In this document: positions 35,790-46,290 of the stretch, in pieces
Layout: the number at the start of each line of letters is the position of its first letter
Numbering within the stretch: position 1 is the first letter of the stretch
Assembly: GCF_009834535.1 (NCBI RefSeq)
Contig: NC_045716.1
Location: forward strand, 21,266,001 to 21,330,000
DNA: 64,000 nucleotides
Direction: 5' to 3'
DNA from: Camelus ferus
Lineage: Eukaryota
The notes under the pieces: generated by a model
Database searches by the model: none
What the model was told of the DNA's origin: nothing
What the model saw: the letters and a program-made list of their open reading frames with translations, nothing else
Made by a program: the position numbers and the translations under genes

Positions 35790-37124
35790 GACCGACCCCC
35801 AGGCCCTGCAGCGGGGCTGACTCCAGATCTCTCCTGCCCTCCCTGGCAGCCAGGACCACCACCTGTAGTCACCCCACCACACACAGCCTCACGCACGCAC
35901 GCAGGAAGGAAGCCCAGCTGCGCACGGGCTGCAGGGAGGGCCCAGGAGCCGGCTGGGAGGGCAGGGCCCCCTGTTGCCAAGACGACGTCAGGAAAGCAAG
36001 GAAAGTGCTTGGAGCAGGAGAGGCCTGTGGGCCCCTGGCTAGCCTTCCTGCCTCAGCCCCCCTGCTTTCCCCAGGGGCAGGGGGCAGGCGTAGGTGTCTG
36101 CGTTTCATTGGAGTGGTTCCTGGACCTCTGAGGGGAAGGGACAGCAGAAGGGGCCCTTCTTCCTCACCCAAGAAGCAGGGTGGTCGGTGCCAGGAGTTTG
36201 GGCCCTCTGGCCCTGGGGGAAGAGCTGGGTAACACAGGTGTCTGGGTGGTTCTCCGCAGACCCTTCCTCTCCTCGAGGACCACCCGTCCCCCTCTACCTC
36301 CCTTTGCAGGGGCTGGGCAGCTCTGGAGCCTTGGGGACTCTTGAAGAGGGGCCTGGAGCTGCCTGCACCGAGAGCAGGGCAGGGCTTAGATCCCCTCCTG
36401 CTGCTGCAGGGGCCACACACCTGTTGCCCCACTTCTGTTTTCTGTCTCCCTCCATCTAGCTTCCAGGGCAGGCAGCAGGACCACGACGGCTGCAGGCAGT
36501 CTGGCTCTTATGCCAGTGAGGGTTCCTGTGCCCACCAGCACGGTCACTGTGCTTTGTGCTCTGGGCTGCTTTGCTAGGACAGGGTGGGATGCCAGTAAGA
36601 GGAGAGGGGGGCACAGTTTGAGGCCACCCCCCCCCTTACTACTAGGGAGGGGACTGTGTCCGGGTGAGCAGCAGAAAGGAGAGGCGCCTTGAAGCTGCCC
36701 TGCCAGGGACCCTCTACCCTGGTGGGCTTCCCTACTTTTGTTCTTCCCCAGGACTAGCGGCCTGGAGGAGCTGAGCATGGGGCTAGCTTTTGGAGTGTCG
36801 AGGTGAATGTGGGAGCAGAGATCATGAATAGCTCAGGGCAGGGAGTGGAGCGAGAGCAGGGCTGCGTGGGGGGGGCTTTGGCCAGAATTGCCTCGGTCCC
36901 TCCCCTTCAGGCTGCACGTATAGCTCGGGCTGGGGGTTGAGGGTGGGGGATCTCAGCTCTGCTGTCTCCTGCCCCAGCGCTAGCCTAGCTTCCCAGGCTG
37001 TTCTCAGAGGAGAGCAGGCTTCCTGCCTCCTTCCTCTTAAGACAGAAAATCTGGGACAACCTCGGGGGAGTGGGGTTGCTCCCACTTCCAGTCCCTGGCA
37101 GAGACTGAGACTAAAGCATCACTT

Positions 37125-37130
37125 AATAAA
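37125..37130 (+). terminator. SMG5 polyadenylation signal
   Basis: First AATAAA that I found after the stop at 35789, implying a 3' UTR of about 1.35 kb. Confidence 0.75.
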
Positions 37131-37363
37131 GACCCCCAGAGCCTACTCCTTGTCTCCTGATGCCTTTCTGTACAGTTTTATTGGGATGTCGGAGATTACA
37201 TGCCGAGATGGCGTTTCGGAAAGGTTTCTTTGAGGTGGACCCATTGAAGCAAGAAACCAGCAACTGAAGCACAAACTCCAGAGATGGTTTTGATAGACAC
37301 TGTCAAGTTTATTGACTCTGTGAACTGAGCTGGTGGCTCCACAAGGGTGACAGGTGAAAACAA

Positions 37364-37545
37364 TACATAGTTTGACCCTGCATGACAGAGTTTGAGTGCT
37401 GACCCCCATGCAGTCAAAAATGTGTACATGAGTTTACAGTTGGCCCTCATGCACGATACTTGTTGACCACAGTACTGAGTAAACATTTAATGGAAGAAAT
37501 CTGCATGTAAGTGCAGTTCAAACCCATGTTCAAGGGTCAAGTGTA
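37364..37545. mobile_element. Internally deleted Tigger1-like (Tc1/mariner) fossil
   Basis: Degenerate TIRs 'tacatagtttgaccctgcatgac' and 'gttcaaacccatgttcaagggtcaagtgta', with TA at both ends. Confidence 0.55.
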
Positions 37546-38149
37546 TTTTGAAGGCAACAGTGCTGCTTAGGGGAGGTTTGCTGTCTCAGCTGGGTCCTCT
37601 GAGTTGGGGAGAAACTTCCTCAAAGGAGAGGTGAGAGTGGGCCTTGAAACCAGCCTCTTGAGTCTTCAACTCCTGTCCCTCTGCAAGGACAGACAACTCA
37701 AGTGTGTGGAGAGTGGAGAAGCTTGGTGAGTCCCCTCGTGGTTGAACCAACACAACCAAGTGCATTTGCTCTGGATCTTACCTAGTACCAGATGCTAAGA
37801 GGCCGTGAAGCACAGTGAGGAGTGGTTTCGGAAATCCAAAGTCAGGGTTTGGAGTCCTCTGCCCAGCCTAGGGCAGAGCCACCCTCAGCTGGGAGAAACT
37901 GGAACCCTGGCGCCAAGGGGCAGCCCAGTCTGTGGGGGGCGCTCTGTATCACCCTGGCTGCATCCTGGCTAGGGCCCCCGCCTCTTCCGGCCAGTCTGCT
38001 CTCTGTGGGGTGGGGTCAAGCTGGAGGGGCTGGCTGTGTGCTGGAGGCTGAGTGAGCTGCCTGCTAATGGGGCTGGGCCACCCTGCGCTGCTCCCTGAAG
38101 GGTGGACAAGGCTGGGATTGTTCCCCGGCTCTCCTTTGTCTCCCACTCC

Positions 38150-38281
38150 CCGCCCAGGCCTGGCCCGCCTGTCTGCCACTCTCCTCTCCCTCCCGTTGGC
38201 CCGGCTGGCAAGAGCCTGGGACTCCGCCCGTGGAGCCAGGGCCGGTCACCCACCGCCTTAGGAGCGCCCATCAAGCCCTGG
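38150..38281 (+). promoter_or_regulatory. Candidate PAQR6 promoter and non-coding exon 1
   Basis: GC-boxes (CCCCGCCC near 38147, CTCCGCCC near 38223), local CpG enrichment and a strong donor TGG|GTAAGG at 38281/38282. A matching acceptor lies at 39567, upstream of the ATG. Confidence 0.5.
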
Positions 38282-39592
38282 GTAAGGAAGCTCACCTGGG
38301 GCCCGGATGCCCGTGCTGAGAAACGAGAGGCAATGCGCCTGCTCCAGCCTCCTCCCCTATTTCCATGGCTACAGCACAAACTCTACTCCAGAGACCCTTA
38401 GACCCTAGTGCTGAGGGAAGGGACCCTGAGGGGAGCTAGACCCCCAGCATCGTCCTGCCTCACCCCTCCCCCAGGCAGCTGGGCAGCACTCAGGTTAGGT
38501 CAGAACATCCCCATCCTGCTCCCAGGAGGGGTCATCTATCTTAAAGCTCAGTCAGGGCGCACGGACTAGGGGCCAGGTCTGCCTTGTGCCCAGCTGGGTC
38601 CCCAGCACCCAGCTCAAGAGCAGAGGGCCCCAAACTGTTCAATCACAGGAGCAGAGGCTTGGGGTTCCAGCTGGTGGTGTGAGGCCCACAGTGCGTGCAG
38701 CACAAACACATGCAGACAGTGCGCAAAGCAGCGGCAGGAAGATGGGTGGGGCTAGGCTGGAAAGTTTTGGCTTGGGGACTAGGGGAGTGTCCTGTTCTCT
38801 CTCCTCCCCGGGCGGTTCCACCCTCCTTGCTGGCTCAGCCCCTCCACTTGTGCCAAGGAATGTGCCTGGGAGAGGCAGCCTGAGAAGCAGGCAGGGCAGC
38901 AGAGCCGCAGCCACCCGGAGGCAGCACACAGGTCTGGGGCTGAGGGGCACGGGGCTCAGGAGGGACAGGGACCCCGAATGCCCTCAGAAGGTACTAGGGT
39001 AGTCCTCAGAGAAGAGCCAGGCATCCCTCTAATTCGCTGTCCCACCGGTGGCATCTGGCCTCTCCAGAAACTCTCCCCAGTGCCCTGAATTTTCTGTGCT
39101 CAGCCCAGGCACCACGGGCCAAGGGGCTTTCTGGTGGTGGCAATGGTGGGGTGTGCTTGGGCTCTCTCTGTGCTGCCTCCATAAGTCAGCGTTCTCCTGA
39201 AACAAATTGGGGGTTGGGCCTGAATCCAGGGTCCAGGGTTACCGTCCAGCTGAGGCAGCCTTCTGAGGGGGACCCTCTATCACTCCTTGCTGAGTTGAGG
39301 CTGACCAGCCCCTCTCAGTGGGGGAACTGAATGCCCTCGTGCTAGGATGGGGAGGGTTGGGGTTATGTGATATGGGGGCCAGGCCAGCCTCCCCTGGCCT
39401 GAAGGAAGCAGCTTGGTGGCCAGCTACCACCCACACGTATGTGTGTATGCGTGTGCACACAGCCCACTCTGGGTCTCAGTGACCGGGTCCAGCCTAGACC
39501 TGGGTGAAAAGGGACCCGTGGATGGGGGCAGATACCTAATTTCCAACCCCCTGCCCTTTGTCTCCAGGTCAACGTGGAGGTGCCGGGCCACC

Positions 39593-42244
39593 ATGCTCAG
39601 TCTCAAGCTGCCCCAGCTCCTTCGAGTCCACCAGGTCCCCAGGGTGAGGGCCTTAACTCACTGACTCCTACCTCCCAGGAGACTGACTGGGGCAGATGTT
39701 CTCTTTTTGCAAGTGCAGAAGTCCCTACTGCAGGCTAACTCTTATCCCTGCCATTTCGGTGTGGGACTCTTATGTTCTCTAAGGAACAGGCTATGACCTG
39801 CTCCCTAGAGCCCAGAACGCTCCTTCATCCAATGTCCCCTTCCCCAGAGCACTCTGCGTCCAACTACCCCATCCTATCTTGCCCCTTTATTCTGCCTCTT
39901 CTGTTTCTCACCTGCTCTCTGGGTATTGGAACCTGTGGTGTGATGAGGTCGGATTTTAGCTTGGCTTTGGGTCCTTTGTGACCTCCAGCCCATTCTCTTC
40001 AACCCTGCCTCCAGAGATCTCTCTTGGACAAAAAGGCTGGGGCTCAGTAACTCCCCTCCTCTCCCCTCCGCCCCCACTCCACCAGGTGTTCTGGGAAGAC
40101 GGCATCATGTCTGGCTACCGCCACCCTACCAGCTCGGCCTTAGACTGTGTCCTCAGCTCCTTCCAGATGACCAACGAGACCGTCAACATCTGGACTCACT
40201 TCCTGCCCACCTGGTGAGGGAAGCTCTGTCCCAGGCTTCGGTCTCGAGCTCAGAGGGGGTACTCAGGCGGGCCGGGACGGCCCAGGCCCGCGGGCTGCAG
40301 CGGGAGTCGTGGGGCTCCGGCGACCTGAGCACGTGCCCGCCGCAGGTACTTCCTGTGGCGCCTCCTGGCGCTGGCCGGGGGCCCGGGCTTCCGGTCGGAG
40401 CCCTACCACTGGCCGCTGCTCGTCTTCCTGCTGCCCGCCTGCCTCTACCCGTTTGCGTCGTGCTGTGCGCACACCTTCAGCTCCATGTCGCCCCGCGCGC
40501 GTCACATCTGCTACTTCCTGGACTACGGGGCGCTCAGCCTCTACAGCCTGGGTGAGCCAGGCGGCGACGGCGGGCGCGGGGCGGAGCGGGGCGTTCCGGG
40601 GCAGGGCGGGGTGTGGCGCGGGGGTCTCCGCCCAGAGCGCGTCCTTCGGGCCTCAGCTCCCGCCCCGCGTCCCCCTAGGCTGCGCCTTCCCCTACGCCGC
40701 CTACTCCATGCCGGCCCCCTGGCTGCACAGCCGCCTGCACCAGCTCTTTGTGCCCGCCGCCGCACTCAATTCCTTCCTGTGCACCGGCCTGTCCTGCTAC
40801 TCCCGGTAGGTTCTCTGCCAGGGGTGAAGGGGAAGGCGGCGGGGGCGGGGGCACACGGGGCAGGGCACTCACAAACATTTGGACTCCCAGGATTTGTGGG
40901 AGACCAGCGATCATGTGCCTCAGCCTCACTGCTCTTGAACAACAGTAGTAACAACAGGACCATTTATTGAGGACCATACTGTGCCCAGACTCTGCACTGT
41001 CTCTAATTCTCACAGCCACCTAAGAGGCAGGCTTCTAGCCCCATTTTACAGATGTGGTCACTTACAAAGGAGTCATGTACCCTAAGGGCTTTCGTAGCCA
41101 CTAAGCTACACTGACATTCTATCTTGGTCAAAGGTCCCTTGCCCTCCTCTGACCCCCACCCCAGCACAAGGATGGTGATCAGCCTTTCCCTCCCACCTCC
41201 CAGATTCCCAGAGCTAGAAAGGCCTGGACTCAGTAAGATCCTTCGCACAGCTGCCTTCACCTATCCCTTCCTGTTCGACAACCTCCCGCTCTTCTATCGG
41301 GTAAGGCTCCTGCTTTCCTGCCCTGACCCCTACAGTGCCCACTTCCAGTCCTGCCCACTCAGTCCCAGCACCCAGTCCAGCTGTGTCCTCCCCTCCACCC
41401 CCCACCAGATCTCAGACACATGGTGTCCACTCCCAAAGCCCCTCCCTGCCAAACCGCCTTTTCCTTTGCCAGCTCAGCCTGTGCTGGGGCAGGGCCCACA
41501 GCTGTGGACAGGAGGCGCTGAGCACCAGCCACGGCTACCACCTCTTCTGCGCACTGCTCACTGGCTTCCTCTTCGCCTCCCACCTACCTGAGCGGCTGGC
41601 ACCAGGACGCTTTGATTACATTGGTGAGAGCAGGCCTGGTCTGGCCCGGGAGGGGAGCATTTGGGGTGAGTCTGGATTAGTCAGCTCCTCAGAGCGCAGA
41701 GTGAATTGAGTAAAGGAGCGTGTCCCTGGCAGGGTCCTCAGGGTCCAGCCCCAGCCCTCAGATACAGCAAAACCAGTAGCATGTCTGCTGGGGCTCTGTG
41801 CACCCCAGCTCACTCACTCCTGTCAATAATCCTGGGAATCAGGTTTCTTATTCCCAGTTTTAGGAGAGTAGCAAGCCCAGAGAATGGGGTGCTTGCCAAG
41901 GGTCACAGGATGAGTCGGGGCAGCCCTGGGGACGGGGTTTGTGCCCTGACCTGCCTACCCTCCCCACAGGCCACAGCCACCAGCTATTCCACATCTGTGC
42001 AGTGCTGGGCACCCATTTCCAGCTGGAGGCGGTGCTGGCTGATATGGGATCTCGCCGAGCCTGGCTGGCTACGCAGGAATCGCCCCTGGGCCTGGCGGGC
42101 ACAGTGGCCACACTGGGCTTGGCGGTGGCCGGGAATCTGCTCATCATTGCCACTTTCACAGCTTCCCTATTCCGGGCCCCCAGTACATGCCCCCTGCTGC
42201 AGGGCGGCCCACTGGAGGCGGGTACAAAGGCCAAACTACAGTGA
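39593..42244 (+). CDS. PAQR6: Progestin and adipoQ receptor family member 6 (mPR-delta), 344 aa
   Basis: Coding exons 39593-39643, 40086-40213, 40346-40551, 40679-40805, 41204-41300, 41473-41623, 41970-42244 total 1035 nt. PAQR motifs NETVNIWTH, SCCAHTF, LDYGALSLY, PERLAPGRFDYIGHSHQLFH. Kozak gccaccATG. Confidence 0.96.
40230..40870. promoter_or_regulatory. Intragenic CpG island over PAQR6 coding exons 3-4
   Basis: Very high CpG and GC density, about 2 kb downstream of the putative TSS. Confidence 0.7.
40940..41120 (-). mobile_element. MIR SINE
   Basis: 'catttattgaggaccatactgtgcccagac...aattctcacagccacc...cccattttacagatg'. Confidence 0.6.
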
Positions 42245-42914
42245 GGCCCCAGCTCTGAGCCTGCCCTGGAGGGAGGCAGAGGCCAGGCCCCAGTGCTGGC
42301 AGGAGACCAGACCCAACCAGGCCTGATAAGGTGCGGGCACATCTGAGCCTGGAACCAAGAGTGGCTGAGGAGAGAGTGCAGAGGTGAGAAGGGAGAGGAG
42401 AGGAGAGGGGCTGGGGGGCCGGGTGAGAGCAGGAGGGTCAGGGAGGGGGCTCTTGATGGGGTGGAGGAAGTGCTGAGGGTCTGAGAGGGGAGGTGCGTGT
42501 GTCCAGGCTGGAGCTGCCCCACCCACCTCAGAGGCTGGGATAGGGAGGTGTTGGACCCTTTTATCAGGTCCCATTTCTGGTGCTCCTGGAGTCTCTGCTC
42601 AGCCCAGGGAAGAACTAACATGACTAACCCAGGCCCACCCCAAATGCTCTGTAACCAGGCCAGGAGGCCTGCTATTGCCCCCTACCCCTAAGCCAGGCAG
42701 TACCGTCTGCCGGCAGCTGTTTGCCTACAGAGATAAGGCCTGTCCGCTCATAGCCATGCACTCCAGGTGTCCAGGAGTGCATGGGGTCTGGCCTATTTGG
42801 GTGTGTCATGGATGGCGCAGTGGGTTGAGGTGGGGAAGGTTCTGGCCTATAGAGGGGAACCCTAGTTAGACTTTAGGAAGCCACCTTCAGTGCTTCTGGA
42901 ATGAGGCAGGGACA

Positions 42915-42924
42915 AATAAATAAA
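42915..42924 (+). terminator. PAQR6 polyadenylation signal (two overlapping AATAAA)
   Basis: AATAAA at 42915-42920 and 42919-42924. Confidence 0.75.
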
Positions 42925-43064
42925 TCAACAACAGACTTTGGGGAGCACTTTCTGGGACTGAAAAAGATAAAACCTCCTTTCCACTCCCCATCCTCCCAAC
43001 GCCTCCTCCTCATACTCCATAGATGGACAAAGAATCAGTTCCACCACTAGTTCCTCTTCTGGAG

Positions 43065-43070
43065 TTTATT
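43065..43070 (-). terminator. BGLAP polyadenylation signal
   Basis: TTTATT on +, about 130 nt past the BGLAP stop codon. Confidence 0.8.
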
Positions 43071-43198
43071 CTGGAGCAGCTGGAATGATGGGGACCTCAC
43101 ACTTGCAGGGCAGGGAGGTCCGGGCGAGGGGAGGGGAAGGGGTCCTGGAGAGGAGCCAGCGCTGGGGGCTGCCAGCCAGGCCAGCAGGGCTGCGAGCT

Positions 43199-44074
43199 CT
43201 AGGTTGTGCCGTAGAAGCGCCGGTAGGCCTCCTGGAAGCCCATTTGGTCAGCCAGCTCATCACAGTCCGGGTTGAGCTCACACACCTCCCTCTTGGGCTC
43301 CAAGGGATCTACGTAGGGGGCTGGGGCTCTGAGAACCCAACACACTAGCATCAGCCTCCAGGCAAAATGCCCACCCCTCCTCCCACGGCACTGGGGCTCC
43401 AGAGTCCTGGCCAGGAGGCCTGCCCTGACCCCCCCACCTGGAGATGCAGGGCCCTGTCCAGCACCTCCTTTCTCTCACCCCAGCCCATGATCCAGGTAGC
43501 GTCTGAGTCTCTTCACCATCTCACTGCCCTCCTGCTTGGACACGAAGGCTGTGGAGCAGAAGGGCAGGGGTCAGGTGGCTCTGAGTTTGGGTGGACAAGG
43601 AGGGGAGTAGGCTGGCCTTCCTGATAGCCAGGTGGGAGTGGGCAGGAGGGGGGAATGGGACTCGGGACGGGGGGACGGTGCTGGGAGTGGGCAGCACCAC
43701 TGGGTGATACAGGGCACAGCCCCCACCTCATACCTGCACCTTTGCCAGACTCTGCACCACTGGGCTTCGCATCTGTAAAGAAAGGGGGCCCAGTTCACCC
43801 CTGCTTCTCCCTACGGCCCTCCTCCTGTGCCTCTCTGGCCCCTTACTCTTCCCTTCTCTCCCTCCACAAGGTCAGATCTGGGGGTGAAGGGACTGAGCCC
43901 ACAGGAAGGTGGTTAGACTACCACGGGACCACCAGGGGAAGGGATGAGGAGAGGCGAGGCCATGGCACTCTCCCTTTGCAGCTCCCACGGGCTGGGGCGG
44001 GGGCACTCACCTACCCGGCCAGCGAGGCAGAGCGTGGCCAGGGCCAGTAGGGCGAGGAGCGTGAGGGGCCTCAT
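43199..44074 (-). CDS. BGLAP: Osteocalcin (bone Gla protein) precursor, 100 aa
   Basis: Exons 44074-44011, 43772-43734, 43548-43479, 43328-43199 (64/39/70/130 nt). [100 protein letters not shown]. Gla sites E17/E21/E24 and the C23-C29 pair are present. Confidence 0.98.
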
Positions 44075-44152
44075 TGTGTGTCTTGTCAGCGGCTGCGTTG
44101 GGGCTGCTGCTCAGGACTCAGCTGGTCTGCCTCTCCCAGCCTCCAGCACTGC

Positions 44153-44276
44153 TTTATACTCTCTGGGCTGTGCCCCGGAGGCAAGGGTTCAGGAGGGTCA
44201 CGGGAGAACCTGCCAGGGCTATTTGGGGGTCATCCGCCCCAGCTCTGTAGGCCAAACCCCAAAGGATGTTGTGGTT
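44153..44276 (-). promoter_or_regulatory. Osteocalcin proximal promoter: TATA box, OC box and RUNX2 (OSE2) site
   Basis: TATAAA at 44158-44153, OC box ATGACCCCCAAATAGCCCTGGCAG at 44233-44210, and AACCACA at 44276-44270, all read on the - strand. Confidence 0.85.
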
Positions 44277-44616
44277 GGAGCTGCGGCTGCCTGGGCAGGG
44301 CCCTGGGAGTGATGGAGGAGGGTAGGCCTCAATCAGACTGCCAGTCTCCAGACATGGAGGTCCCCAGCCCCTCCCTAAAGGGGCTGCCCTGGGTCCCCCA
44401 GCCCCTACTCACTCTTGCTCGGAGCCCCAGCCCCAGCCTCAGTTTGAGCACCAGCGGGACAGGCTAGAAGGGTAGGAGAGGGAGCCTAGAGAGGAAGGGG
44501 GCCCAGAGATCTAAAATAGGTTGGCACAGAGCTGGGCTACAGCCTCTTGCAGACTGTGATTTCCACCGTCGGCCCCATGGGCAGGAGCCAAACCCCAGGG
44601 AGGGAGGGCCTGCCGC

Positions 44617-44631
44617 TGCCCTCGTTCACCC
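44617..44631 (-). promoter_or_regulatory. Osteocalcin vitamin D response element (DR3)
   Basis: GGGTGA-acg-AGGGCA on the - strand, about 500 nt upstream of the TSS. The human element is GGGTGA-acg-GGGGCA at about -500. Confidence 0.85.
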
Positions 44632-45830
44632 CGAGGGGCCCTGCCCCAGAGAGACACCAACAGCAGGCCTGGTGTGGGGGCAGCTCGACTCTGCTCAGGC
44701 CCTGGGCATCAGGACTGGAAGGGGTTGGGGCAGCACAGGGACAAGAGCCGAAAGCCAACACAGGTGGGGCCAGGTATGAGGTAAGGACAGCCCTTCTGTT
44801 TGGGGCCGGCCAGGTGAGCACTGCAGTGGGGATGCCCTTCCCCGTGGCCCTTGCAGGTGGGGAGGCAGGGCCCACGAGGGGCAGGGAGGTGGAGAGCACC
44901 TCTGGGCTCCTCACCCCCCATCCTCTTCCTGCCCTCACAGCCTCCCCAGTGCCAACAACCAAGGGGACGTGTCCCCTGAGGGGCAGGACATCCAACCTGA
45001 AACCACCCCCAACACTTAGAACTGCTTCTGTCTCAGCTCAGCCTGGAGAGGAGGGAGGGTGTCCTCACCCACCACCCACTCACCAGGTGGAAACCTGCCA
45101 GACAAAGCACTGCCACCCCACAGCCTGCGGCTCGGCAGGAGGGGCTGCCTGATGTTTGGGTGCATTCAGGAGGAGGGAGGAGCCGCTGGGCACAGTTTGA
45201 GGGGTGGGGTTGGTGAGCAGGGACCACCCTGACAACTTCCCAAGTGTCTCCAGTGCTCCTAGACAGACCCCACTAAGCCTCTCTCCAGAGTTAGGGTGAG
45301 GACCTCACCAGGGAAGAAAGTTCTGCCCCCATTCACCCCCACCCCCTTCCCCCTCCAGTCTGGAGGATGCACCCACCCTGCCTTTGGGGAAGTCCCTCCT
45401 GATACCCTGTGGCCCTGGCTGGGGAAGAGGAAGGCATGAGAAGCAGGGGGACAAACTGCCCAGCTATTCAGAGGGCCCACCTGCTCCGTATGTGAGCGCT
45501 CACCAGGTGCAAACACCGAAGGAGGGCCACCATGGTGCCTTTAAGGGCAGGCTAGGTTGGACAGTGACATCCCCCTGGCAGCTTGTCTTGGCCTCAGGGA
45601 ACCCAGGCTCCTGGTTTCTGTGACAAGGGGCTCCACTGCCCTTCCATACATGATGGTCAGATACACCCCCCACCAACCCACGCCGGCCTAGAGGTTCCCG
45701 GAGCCCTACAACTGAGGCCTCAACTGGAGCCAGGACTCTGGACTCCAGGGTGGGATCTTGGCCCAGGAGAGGCCTGGGAGAGGCCCAGGCGGAGGAAGCA
45801 TCCTCACAGATTACAGTGCAGTGGAGGAAG

Positions 45831-45836
45831 TTTATT
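45831..45836 (-). terminator. PMF1 polyadenylation signal
   Basis: TTTATT on +, about 455 nt past the PMF1 stop codon. Confidence 0.7.
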
Positions 45837-46290
45837 TGCGGATGTGGGGAGAACATGGCAAGAGCCCTCGAGCTGGCCAGCAAGGGGGCAATCAGTGGAG
45901 ACTGAAAACAGATTCCCCATGCCAGGCCCAAGGTGGGGCTCAGGAACTGGTGGTACGTGTTGTGACGGGGTAGGGTAGGGGGTTGGCTTGAACCTAGAGA
46001 AGAAGGAGCATGGTGCCTGATCCCAGGGCTGGGAGCCGGCCACGGATGCTCAGGTTAGGAGAAAACGGGGAGAAGCCTGAAGGTAGTGTGTGTTTACGAC
46101 CTCAAGGGACTGCCAAAGGCACAGTGGCAGTGGAGACGCTGAGGCCTCCTCCTCCAGCAGATCCCATCACTGCTTAGGGACTGGGCACCGATCTGGCTGT
46201 TCTCAGAGGCAGCTCACTCAGGCCCAGCATGCTGGACCACAGGCCCTTGACCTTGACTGCCCTCTGATCCTGGGCCCGGCTCTTGCCTCC

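Noticed and set aside
39100-39125. Partial REST/NRSE-like motif (GCACCACGG) in PAQR6 intron 1
   Set aside because: Only about half of the 21-bp consensus matches.
43085-43348. + strand ORF antisense to BGLAP exon 4; similar shadows over PAQR6, SMG5 exon 12 and PMF1 exon 4
   Set aside because: Explained by stop-poor antisense frames of real GC-rich exons.
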